A stretch of DNA of 64,000 bases from Convolutriloba macropyga (lineage: Eukaryota): the NCBI RefSeq assembly GCF_964194025.1, contig NC_134470.1:37882001-37946000 (forward strand). Direction: 5' to 3'. This document shows positions 1 through 12,100 of the stretch, piece by piece; position 1 is the stretch's first letter, and each line of letters opens with the position of its first letter. The position numbers and the translations under genes are program-made. Under the pieces are notes generated by a model. That model searched no databases. It saw only the letters and a program-made list of their open reading frames with translations, and was not told the origin of the DNA.

Positions 1-152
1 GAGAGAAACTAGTCTAGAGAAGTCAAAAAGATATCACGCAAAATGTTGAAAAAGCGGCAAAATGAGGTAAAGCGAAAAATTTTTTTATTCGACGAAGTAA
101 AAAAAAAATAGGAGCGCTATAAAAGCCGGCTGAGAAGATGAGGCGGCTATTA
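1..152 (-). mobile_element. Partial non-autonomous Helentron-type (HINE/DINE-1-like) element, 5' end
   Basis: Near-identical to 43895-44046 and 62433-62585. Ends in the inverted-repeat terminus agccggctgagaagatgaggcggctattaa. Confidence 0.65.
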
Positions 153-3100
153 ATAAACAAATGAAAAAGCAGATTTTAAGTGATTGTGACCTCATACCGT
201 CGTAACAAAAAACTTGCTGACGAAATAAAAAACAGCCAGCAGATTGCCGGAATAACTAAGAACGAAAAGACTTCCGTGCCGTATAATAGAGATAGAAACA
301 GATACAGACCTTAACTGAAAAAAAACGACGCCGGTCAAAAAGCTAGGTAGAAAACATTCAGCGATAAATTAATAAAGTTAATTCATTCCGCAGAAGCCTT
401 TTATTAGGTACCTTTACTGTACATATTTTGACAATTAACTAATTAAAATTACACTTGAGTTTTATAGTACAAAAGTCATTTTATTGAGTGAAAAAACCAA
501 AACTATAAAAACCTTTGCCTGAGTATCACGGCTGACAAATGGAATAATAGGAGCTAACGACATAATTTTTTTCAGGAAAAAAAGCATTTAGACTTATATT
601 TTAAACCCTAGTGGAGCTTTTTCAAAATTATTCGAAATAAAATGCATACTATTGACCTTTAACTAGTTGATGTTCATAAAGCGAGTTCAGAAGTCATCTT
701 TTTGAATGATGAAGTCACGCAATCCTCAGAAGTCACGCAATTGACCTAAACGCAGGACAAGTGACGTCACACATATAAATTCAAAGCAGTAGAAATCACT
801 GAAATTGAAAAAGTCACTTCCAACTCAGGTCGCAAAAATCATCGATGGAGACGAAGAATTAAAAAATCATAGCAGGACATGTACTGAAAAACAATCCAAA
901 GCATTAAATGAAAAACCTAAAAGTACTTTACCGAACCAGCAGATCAATTGAACAATGCCAGCCAAAACGCAAAGAAAATCATCTCAAAAAGTTGAAACAA
1001 ACAAACAAACTAAACAATACACTCAATGCTGAAACTATTGAGGCTTTTCCCCGAAGGCAGAATTTGCTCCCTTGAAACATACCTATTTCAAAAATAGGTT
1101 TAAAACCAATTTTTGTATCTGAAATCGGTCCAGTATTATATCCGAAACAAAATTCATAGGACCTTAAGGATCGATTAATTAAGAAAATAACAGAACAATT
1201 CAAAAAAAAAATTGAAATCAATTGCAAATTTTTTGCAAAAAGTGTTGCTGAAAATTGTGATATTCATATCATCAGAACCAATTCTGTGTTTCTAGAGGCT
1301 ATCCAGTAACCCAAATCCAAGCCTTGAAAATTCATTGGCTCAAAGATCGATAGATAATTTTTGAAAACTTGAAAAATTCGTTCTATTAAATTGCTGAAAA
1401 CCATTTCATTGCCCTAGTAACAATGTAATAAAATACTATCAAAACCTGGAGGAGATTACCTAACTACTTAGGCAAGAAAAAATGAACAAAAATGTTGCAA
1501 ACTTTTAATATTGCAAAATTTATCAAAAATGCTAATATTCGAGACATTAAAGGTTTGAAAACAATTCCTTTGTCAGTAGAAACAATGCAGTGCCCTATCA
1601 TCAAACCTTAAAGTAGATTCCCTGCCCCCTGAGGCTGGAAAACTCCAAAAATTAAAAAAAACTGCGTATTTGTAGTATCAAAACATTTAGCTCACAAAAT
1701 GGTAAAAACAAGTAATTTTTTATCGCGAAAGCTCTTCAACAAATTTAAAACTTCAACAAAGACTAACCAAATAAAAAACTCTCCTTCCTGTGTAAACAAA
1801 TGTATAACGAAAAAGAGCGTTAGACGGCGAAACGGAAAAAACCAAGAGCACCGCAATAAAACTCCGCTCAGCTAACAGCTTTGCAGCTACAAAAAATATA
1901 AAAACTTTAAAACCCCTTTGCCTGTTTAGCACGGCTGACATATGGAACAATAGGAGCTAACGAGATGATAATTTTTTCAGGAAAAGCATTTAGATTTATA
2001 TTTTATTGATATCGCCGTATTGAATAACACTGCAAATATTTTAAGAAAAAAATCAAGAAAGCGATAACAATACGTGTTATCGAAGCGACTCAGTATATAA
2101 GAGAACAGCAGATGCAATAAAAACCATAAAAAATGTCTTTCACATTCTTCGGACCAAAATTGTAAAGCTGAAAATGACCAGGCTTGCCTGACCACAAAAA
2201 CCCAAAGAAATCAAAAATGTCAAAAAAAACTACGGAAATATGAAAACATAGCCGGCAGATAGCCGGAAAATAGCCACTTGTGGCCTTCCATGAATTGAAA
2301 CAACTAAAGAAATATGATAGACAGATTAACCACCAGTCTTTTAATAGACCACTGGACTTTTTGGTTAGGCTCTGACTGTCATTTGTATGAGACGCATACG
2401 CTCTAAAAGAAAAAACCCTAGTGTAGCTTTTTCAAAAATATTAGAAATAAAACACTCCAGACTCTAATACTCAAGAATTAGGTCATATACGTCTGGCACA
2501 ACTTAGATGCACACTATTGACCTTTAACTAGTTGGTGTTCATAAACTTAAAAGTTCATTAAGCGAGTTCAGAAGTCAATTTTTTAGTGAAGTAATTCACG
2601 CAATTGACATAAAAGCAGAACAAACGACGTCACGCTTACAAAATTTAACTGCAAAGCAGTAGAAAAACCTGCTTTGAACGTCAATTCCAAGAAGTCAGGT
2701 CGCAAGAATCATCGATGGAGGCGACGAATTAAAAAACATAGCCAGAATAATTCCGGAAACAACAAAGTGCCGTCTTCGTGAAAGAATTGCCGTTTAAATC
2801 AACTGATTCTTACTATAAAAAAAATAAAAAAAAATCAGTAAAAAATGAAGATAGCCCACAAAACCAACTGAACAAAAAAATTACATTTCTCCTATATATA
2901 AAATAAGCCAACATTTTTGTACGCAATTGAAAATCAAAGTACACGAGCAGCAAAAGTCAAGTCATATTAGGCTCCCAAGACTTTTTGGAAGAAAAATTTG
3001 AATATTGCCAGAAATGGCCAAAAATTGTTACAAGAAAATTATCCAACTTCCGTAACTACTCTCAATCGAAACACTATTCTACACCAAAGAGAGTAATCAG

Positions 3101-5194
3101 TTGGTAACTAAATTAACTGTCGCTTTAACTATAATCATTATTTGCCTCGAACGCAATGACAATGAACGCGATAAAACTAAAAACTGACAAAAAATTAATC
3201 AAATCGAAATTAATCATGAAGACTAACGAGAAAGAGCAATAATCAAACGCATAAATTCGTATGTTAGCAAAACCGAGAAAAGAATATTCGCAGAAAGAGT
3301 ATTGTCCAAAAATGGTAAAAGTCAAGCTAGCAAAACATTAGTTCCATTTTATGTTAAATAAAATCAAAAGCAAACAAAAAAATTTAATTCAAAGGAAAAA
3401 GACAATTATTATTTCAAATCGATAATTTTCAATTTAATAAAGGCAGGGTGAATAAAACTATAGGTCTTATGAGAATGCTAGAAAGAAACATAATAGAATA
3501 GATACATTGAGAAAAAGATTAAAAACTAATTCGCAATTTTTGAAAAATCAAAAAACTAAACTGGAAACTCTAATCAAGAGGTATCCAATACAGAAATTTT
3601 TAAAAAGACACAGATAATTAGTTATTTGTTTTTAAAAAGTCAGCTCAAAGAGCCGAAACTAAAAGAAGATGAAAAACTCTAAAAATTGACCAAATAAAAT
3701 TGAGAAAAATGGGCGAATTTGCGCCTTTAAACGCATTATTAAGCTCTCAAAAACATTGTGGTATCGATTTCAGATGGTTGCATATTCATGCGGCATCAAT
3801 CAACATTAACTTCTACAAAAAACCAAATTCCAATAAAAAAATTTGAGCCAAATGTACAACACGGCTAAAAACTCATCTGTATGCGCCAATCTCTCAAAAA
3901 CTCTTTTCAAACTCAAAAAGTCATTCACTGAATGCAACGCATGAACAAAAAACTTTTCTCGCTCAGAAAGTTAGTTCACATGGCAATTTTACTCTTCCAC
4001 TATTAGGTAAAAAAAAACCTTAAAACCAATACTCCTCTTCGAGTTTCAAAAAAAACGACGATGTCTCCACTAATAGCAGCTATCGCTTCGCAGCTATTAA
4101 AATTGTAAAACTTAATGCAGATCAAATGTTTTCAACGCATCAGACTTCAAAAACAACTCATTTATTGCAGAACCAGAAAAAAATTAATGAGTAACTTGCA
4201 GTTTCGAAGATACACAAATAAAGGCAAAAACCGACAAACTTCAAAACGTGAAATTAGCTCAAATTAGTAATAATTGGGTACAGTTCTTAATTTAAATATC
4301 CTCAAAACCAATTTTGCGCTACCAAAAAAACTGCGAAAAAAAACGGCAATATTTTGGACTCAAAACATAAAAAAATCTTTTCACATTTAACGTAGACCTT
4401 TCCAGCAGCTTCAGCACACTAAGCACTCGGAATGCTACTAAAGCCAGCTTAGGGCTTCTACTGAAATTTATTGCCCACTGGTGTTTACCTGTTTTGAAAG
4501 AAAGTAATCAAAAATATGTTACCACTTATTACAAAAAAGACAGCACCAATGTAATCGAAATTATTTGAATTGTTAAAAAGTAGCAGCGCTATAATAGCCC
4601 GATGAGATCACGGCAGCTATTAACAATATCTTTTCGATTTAGTTATGCTCAAAAAAATGAACATAGAAAATACCGTGTTAACTTCGATCAGCTATCGCAT
4701 CGCAGCTATTAGCATAGATTACTAACATTGTTAGGTCTTTATCAATCCCGCCAATTTTTTTCAAAACAGTAAGTTTTCAGGTAAAATATATCGCAGAAGC
4801 GAAGAGTTTTAGAAACCAATTCATTTAAAATTAAGAACTTTGAGAGCGTGGCATAGAAAAACCAAAATATTTTTGAAATAAATAATATGAAAATACTGGA
4901 TGATCTGGGATTTCGGATGTGCCAGCTCTTCAACGTTCACTTGCATCCAAAATTTACCAAAACGTTATATTTGCAGAGAACTATTTTTATGAACGTGTTA
5001 ATAAAACTACAACAGTTTTAAACATTTATCCACCATTAATCATGCATAGCTGCTACATTCACCAAAATCAAATTTCATCATTTTATAAGCCGATCGGTGG
5101 CAACCAATCAGCGAACTGTGCATCTGCGGAAGCTAACATTACTGGGTATTGAGAAAATGAATTCAATAAAAATTTCGCCAAAAACGAGGCAGTT

Positions 5195-5354
5195 TCAATG
5201 ATGTGGTTCAGCTTTGGGAACGATTGCGTCAGGCTGGTTCACAAACATGTTTGGATCCGACTCTGCAAAGCCAGAATCGTTCAGGTGGACCTGTGAGGAC
5301 CCATATTGGTGCCATGACTGATCATCTTGACTTGGCTCCGGTTTAACATGGCTG
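5195..5354 (-). CDS. Probable terminal coding exon of host gene A (paralogue family with unrecognised domain)
   Basis: ttttag acceptor at 5355-5360. Open frame SHVKPEPSQDD...NDSGFAESD...VPKAEPHH* shares VKxEP and DSGFxE motifs with the paralogous exon at 63014-63355. Confidence 0.55.
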
Positions 5355-5978
5355 CTAAAAAGCAAAGTTCAGCAAATCATTGGGCAGTGTTACCGCTGAA
5401 AACAGTAACCTTTATTTCGATTTAAAAAATTGATTTCACGCTTGAAAAATTATTGCCTCAATAAATTCAGAAAAAGATAGCCAAGTAACCTGTTTTCAGA
5501 TCAACCCAAATACACTTACAATAGACTTTGTAGAGGAAAACTTCTGGAGCCTATTTTAATTTAAGCCTTTAAATGTTTCGCTTCTTCGGATTGAATAGAA
5601 ATATATATACGCTAGAAAATACTTAAATACTTGTAATCCTCTTTTGGATGCCTGACTTTTAATGTACAATATCAATTTTCATAGCTACCGTCAACGTCTG
5701 AGTAAATGCTACTCAATCAAGTATCATCACCAATGTCGATATTAGGGACTAGGTGTCCTAGTTCTTACAAGTTTATAACCTTACCGGTGATCATAATAGC
5801 GGCCGATAATGATAATACTAATAGAATACCCCCAGCAGGTACTTTCCCTACATTCTAATTACTCATTATACTCTATTTGCACCATAGGATTCTTCGATTA
5901 TAGACAATTGATCGAACTTAATATGTATACTCAGCTACATACGAGCGAAAGCCTTCTTAGAGATTAACATGGTCCAAC

Positions 5979-6286
5979 CTTGAATAGTTTCCCCATGAAG
6001 TTGCTGCAGCGGCTGACCCACCCTGCTGGTACTGGTAATCATGGGCAGTTTCACATATGACATTAGAAGACGCCATTTGAGGTTCCACGTAACCCATGCC
6101 TGTATCAGAGGTGACTCCATTGAACTTGGCACTTCCTCCACAATGTTGACCATCTTGACTCACCAATACATAGTCTGTCTGCTTGGGAGTCATCAGTTGA
6201 CTCTTCTCAATTTTGAACGAGAATGAAACTATTCTTCCACCTTGCGCGCCTAGGTTGTAGTCACCAACATGGGGATTCATCGACAT
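5979..6286 (-). CDS. Coding exon of host gene A, uncharacterised protein
   Basis: ATG at 6286 (MSMNPH...) downstream of a ttttcag acceptor at 6340. GRIVSFSFKIEKSQLMTPKQTDYVLVSQDGQHCGGSAKFNG aligns with GRQLCISFTVEKKTLLTPTPAGAEYLIMTKDGSQCQGKFKFDG at 63.2 kb. The donor (AG|GTTGGA, 5979) is uncertain; the unspliced ORF ends at 5957. Confidence 0.6.
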
Positions 6287-6514
6287 TTTGAGGATTTTTC
6301 TGTTTTGAGGTTTCAAGGATTAAAATCAAATATGTCCAACTGAAAAACTAGCTTCTCATGAATGAAAGCCATTTCTTACATTATAAGTAACGAGCAACAG
6401 TTTAACTAAAGCTGGAACACGCTCGGCATAGTAACAGCCCCGCGACAACTAATAAATGCTGTCTCCATCTAAATCCGTGAACTCAGTTTTCGCATTTGTT
6501 TTTGTTCAAATTAA

Positions 6515-6759
6515 AGTAGTAATATGTGAGCAGATCAGGGGGGGGGGGGGGTAAAAGGAAGTACCTATGTATTAACATTAGGTATAGCCCAATTTCCCTC
6601 AAATCCCAAAGAAGTACCTCACAGCTTGATACCCACGCTGTTCACACGAGGGGGATTAGCAAGTTAATCCCTTAATATTAAATTAGGCCATTTACTCATT
6701 CCCATATTGCACTTTAATAATGTAAATTTCTAAAGACGTACCTCACAGCATGATACCCA
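6515..6759 (+). repeat. Left terminal inverted repeat (near-perfect part)
   Basis: Reverse complement of 22638-22879 except for the poly-G length (14 vs 11). Confidence 0.95.
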
Positions 6760-7886
6760 AGTTGTTCTCTCAAAGGGGATTAGCAAGATAGTCTTAACAA
6801 CAAATCAGTAAGGTCATTTACCCTTTCCCATATTACACTTTACTAATGTAAATTTTCAGTAGTGTACCTCACAGCATGATACCCACGCTGTTCACACGAA
6901 GGGGATTAGCAGGATAATGTTTTAATATTAAATTAGGTAGGATGACTCATCTACAGTTACGTAAGTTATACGCGATTTTCAAAAATGTACCTCACAGCAT
7001 GATACCCACGCTGTTCACACGAGGGGATTAGCTAGGTAATGTTTTAATATTAAATTAGGTAGGATGACTCATCTACAGTTACGTAAGTTATACGCGATTT
7101 TCAAAAATGTACCTCACAGCATGATACCCACGCTGTTCACACGAGGGAATTAGCTAGGTAATGTTTTAATATTAAATTAGGTAGGATGACTCATTTACAC
7201 TTACGTACGGTTTACGCGATTTTCAAAAATGTACCTCACAGCATGATACCCACGCTGTTCACACGAGGGGATTAGCTAGGTAATGTTTTAATATTAAATT
7301 AGGTAGGATGACTCATTTACACTTACGTACGGTTTACGTGATTTTCAAAAGTGTACCTCACAGCATGATACCCAAGCTGTTCACACGAAGGGGATTAGCA
7401 GTGCCTTAACATCAAATTAATAAGGTCATTTACCCCCAACCATATTAAACTTTAATAATGTAAATTTCCAAAGACGTACCTCACAGCATGACACCCAAGC
7501 TGTTCAAACGAAGGAGATTAGCAAGATTAGCAAGATAGCAGGACATTGACCCCTACCATATTAAATTTTAATAATGTAAAGTTCCAAAAGTGTACCTCAC
7601 AGCATGACACCCAAGCCGTTAACACTAAAAAGGATTAGCAAGATAGTACCTTAACAATGAATCAGTAAGGCCATTGACCCCCTACCGTAGTGCACTTTAA
7701 TAATGTAAATTTTCAAAAATGTACCTCACAGCGTGACAACCAAGCTGTTCACACTAAAGGGATTAGCTATAAAATGTTTAAATATTACATTAGATATGAT
7801 GACTCACAGTTATGTACGACTTACGTGATTTTCAAAAATGTACCGCACAGCATGATACCCAAGCTGTTCTCACGAAAGGGATTAGC
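6614..7886 (+). repeat. Left subterminal tandem array, 11 units of ~116-129 bp
   Basis: Core GTACCTCACAGCATGATACCCACGCTGTTCACACGAAGGGGATTAGC starts at 6614, 6738, 6864, 6987, 7109, 7231, 7353, 7476, 7592, 7721 and 7840. Confidence 0.95.
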
Positions 7887-7934
7887 AATATAATCCCTCA
7901 ATAACAAATTAGTTTGGATTACTCATTCATTCGC

Positions 7935-8650
7935 CATTACTCCTATTCATTATTTCAAAACAAATTCTAAAAATCAGTTGGTCAAATTCTTATTTAATTT
8001 ACTGTTTTCAGATAGACGTTGTTTCTTTCTCGTTGTTGACAGTTTCAATTTATCTTTTTGTTTTCAGATAGATTTTGTTTCTTTCTCCTTGTTGACAGTT
8101 TCAAGTTGACAGTTTTCAGATAGACTTTGTTTCTTTCTCCTTGTTGACAGTTTCAAGTTGAACACTTGCAGTGGGTAAGCAAACAAATTTTACTAAAAGA
8201 AATCTTGATTTGTTCCTGTATTAAAACTGAACCATTTTAGCCAGCCAAAGTTTCCCCCAACAGTAGATATTGCAACACTTCAGTTCGCTTCCAAATCCAA
8301 AAACAAACTGGTATGTTCGCTTTTATTAAGCCTCTACTCCTATTCCCAAACCACTACTTCTATTTATTATTTCAAACAACTTCTAAAAATCAGTTGATCA
8401 AAATTATAGTTAAATTTATCTCTTTTTTTCAGATAGTCTTTGTTTCTTTCTCCTTGTTGCCAGTTTCAAGTTGAACACTTGCAGTGTTGAAGCGGGTAAG
8501 CAACTAAATTTAATTAATAGAAATCTTCCGTTCTTCCTGTATTTAAACTGGACCATTTTAGCCAGCCAAAACTTTCCCCTATCGTAGATAATACAACACT
8601 TCACTTCAACTTTAAATCCAAAAAAAAAAGAAAACTGGTAAGTTTACTTT
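7935..8650 (+). repeat. Imperfect ~415-bp direct duplication with nested ~50-57-bp repeats in the Polinton non-coding region
   Basis: ttatttcaaa..ttctaaaaatcagttg at ~7950 and ~8367; accattttagccagccaaa at 8231 and 8552; three copies of tttcagatag...gttgacagtttcaa in 8006-8157. Confidence 0.75.
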
Positions 8651-8796
8651 AATTTAAACATGTTTTTGAGGTAGGAATATATACCTAATTATTGAATTAA
8701 AAGAACCATTGAAAATCATAAAATTCTTGCGTGATTAGACAATTAGTCACTATTTTATAGTCAAAATTAATCATAACATCACAATAACATCATAGC

Positions 8797-8969
8797 ACGT
8801 CACAATTACGTCGTAGCGTTTTCATAATTACGTCATAATGACATCATATTTACGTCATTATGTCGTCATAATTACGTCCTTTTGTCGTCACAATTACGTC
8901 ATTATATCGTTATAGCTACGTCATTTTGTCGTCGCAATTACGTCATTATGTCGTCATAATTACGTCATA
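8797..8969 (+). promoter_or_regulatory. Phased CRE/ATF-like (TTACGTCA) array upstream of pPolB
   Basis: TACGTC at 8807, 8829, 8851, 8873, 8895, 8917, 8939 and 8961 (exact 22-bp period), followed by GATAAA at 8973 and an Inr-like TCATTT with +1 at 9005. Confidence 0.7.
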
Positions 8970-9157
8970 TTTGATAAAGGACATTTCATTTCCGTTTTGT
9001 TTTCATTTTCTGATTTCTAGAATTGAGTGCAGTTGAGTACAAAAATCATTAAAACTTCTGAAAAATATTTTATTCCATCGCAACTTTCATTTTAACAATT
9101 GTTTTTACTCCTCCTTTCTCACTTCCAATCCAACATTATTTTTTATTTTCAGCGAAA

Positions 9158-12100
9158 ATGCCCAGAAATTCTAACCCAAAAGAACAGTGTTCTTCATGCA
9201 GTAAGCTTATTATGAAATCCAATATGAGCAGACATCAGAAGCTTCACGCAAAAAGATGTCAACAATGCTCCCAGTCATTTCCAGACGACCAGAAGCTGCA
9301 GCGTCACATTGCTTCTAAACATGCTCCATCTCTTATTCAAAAGAAGAAGTTTTCATGCAGCAGCTGCAATTCAACGTTCTCCACATATTATCAACTTCTT
9401 CATCATAAACGAAACAATTACCAGCATTCTGTTCCAGTGGCTTATGATGTTGACTTATCTATCTATGGAGACTCTCCAGCTCTTTATAGTGAACTTCAAA
9501 CCGTTCAACATTTTTTGCGTGACTCGGTTCTCGAATTGTCCAGGAAGAAAGTTCACAACTTCAAAATAATGGAGATCAACCATGAAACATTGATCGACAA
9601 GTTGGATTGTGTTTACAACGAGTTACCCAGTTCAGCTAAAATCAATATTTCCTTTGGATTCGTGCTGCAAAGTGTGCAAAATCCTGAAGAGTTTCGCTAC
9701 TACTACGCAGCAGATAACAACCCCGTATTCCTAAATCCTATGGTTCTCGCTGATGACTCAGATCTCAATTATATTAAATCAAAGCTGAGAGAAGATGAAA
9801 TTTTACCAAATCTAATCAATCAACGTCCAGACACAAAATGGAAGTTTTATTGCGTTACAAATGTCACTTTCTTTGTATTTCTCCTCAGTGGCGTTCCTCT
9901 AGGCTGTATCGCTCAAAACATTCCGTCTGTTCTGCTCAAGAACAAGCTTGTTAAGTGTTTTGTTTCGGATTGCGAAAACAAACCTTACCAGGACAATTTG
10001 TGTATGTTCCGTGCACTGGCCTATGAATTACATGGCAGCAATGAGCTACAACAAAATACAATGAAATTGATGCAGAATTTCCTCTCAGCGACAAGGAGAG
10101 ATGACGAAACCTTTCCAGGAATACATGAAGACGATATTCCTGTTCTTGAGGCTCTAGTTGACAGAAATATTCAAGTTTACTCCATAATTTTTGACGAACA
10201 ATCGGATATGTTTGCTGAACTTACTCGCCGCTCCTCGATGAAACGTTCAAAGACAACTTCATTACTGAGATATGAAAATCACATTTGTTGGACAGCAGAC
10301 ATCAACAAATTCCTCAAAAAGTTCCGATGCTACGTATGCGATCAGTTTTTCGACAGATCCTTCAACCTATTGCGGCACATGCAAAACTGCTCCGAAAACA
10401 CGCAACACAAATATCCAACAGGAGCCTATCAGTTATCTGAAACTATTTTTGAACGTCTGGAAGATGTAAACATTAATGTACCACAGGAGCTGAGATTGTT
10501 TTCTAACCTTATCGTATTCGATTTCGAGTCAATAACAGTCCCCGACAATACACTCAGAAACACAGAATTGACTTCTTGGATAGGAAAACATGTCCCCATT
10601 AGTGTGTCAATATCCTCGAATCTAATCTCCGCACCAATTTTTATTTGCAACGAAGATCCGCCTCAACTAATCCGTGATTTTGTATCCAGCTTGACTAATA
10701 TAGCAGAGAAAAGCATGCTTCTAATGAGGGAAAAACTCCATGATTTCGTGCTAGAATTGGAAGAAAAATATTGGGCAGTACGACAATTAGTTCCAGTGAA
10801 AGACAAGAAGGTACCTACCGGAGCGGAAGACTTATTGGACAACGAGGCGGAACCTGACGGAGAGGAAGAGGAAGACCTTGAAATACAGAGACTGAGATGT
10901 GAGCTCAAGATGTTATCAAATTTGAGACAAGATTTTGAGAACTATTACAGCACCATTCCTGTGTTTGGGTTCAACAGTTCGAGGTACGATTTGAACTTAA
11001 TCAAAGAGTATCTTCTGCATCATCTCCTAATAGAAAGAAACGTTGTTCCCAAAGTGATTCGAATGGGGAATAAATATATTGGCATGAATTTTCTTGGTCT
11101 ACAGTTTCTGGACATTTTAAACTTCCTGGGAGGAGCTACAACCCTGGATAACTTCCTAAAAGCCTATGGAGCGAGTGAAGAAAAAGGTTTCTTCCCCTAT
11201 GAATGGTTCGACAGTATTGAGAAGTTGAATGTATCCCAATTGCCACCAATCGACAGCTTTTGGAGCAAGTTGAAGAACCACAACGTTCTTTCGGTCGATT
11301 ACGATAAGTTCGTGCAATTGAAGAACGGTGGAATGCAAGAGGAGGCAATTTTGAAGAAGTTGAGACTGAAGAAAGTTCCACAAAATGCTGAAGAAAATTA
11401 CTTGGAGCTCCAAAATATTTGGAAAAGAGAAGGAATGCAGACGTTTCGCGACTTCCTCATGTGGTACAATAACAAAGATGTCGAACCTACACTTGAAGCT
11501 ATGGACAAAATGATCAGTTTTTACCACTCCAGACAAGTAGACATGTTAAAATTGGGCTACACTCTTCCCAACTTGGCAAACAGGTTCCTTCATTCGTCAA
11601 CAGATGCAGCTTTCTTTCCGTTTTGTGAGAAAGATAAAGAATATGATAATTACATTCGGAAATGGTTGACTGGGGGACCCTCAATTATCTTTACAAGGTA
11701 TGCAAAAGTTGGTGAAACAAAAATACGAGAGTCAGAAAACGTTTGCAAGTCAATTGTCGGAATAGATGCCAGTCAGTTGTACCCTTTTTCCATGACAAAA
11801 GAGATGCCAACAGGACCCTATACAAAATGGGAGTACAATGAAGAGACTGCAAAATTTCATCCAAACAGGAACTGGAGAAGCTACTTTGAACAGCAGGTCA
11901 TGGACTACTTCCAACAGGTTCACCCCAATTGTAAAATACAAACCCAGTTCACACACAAGAAACAAAAGAAGCTCGGTCCTTATTTAGTTGATGGGTTTTG
12001 TAACCATTGCAACACGGTCTTTGAAGCGATGGGTTGCTTCTTTCATTTTTGTCCGTGTCAAGAGGAAAAACCACTTCTCTTCGAGGACATTGAAAGCGGC

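Noticed and set aside
6614-7886. CRISPR array
   Set aside because: The spacers are homologous to each other (two types), the array is mirrored at the other end of the element, there are no cas genes and the context is eukaryotic.
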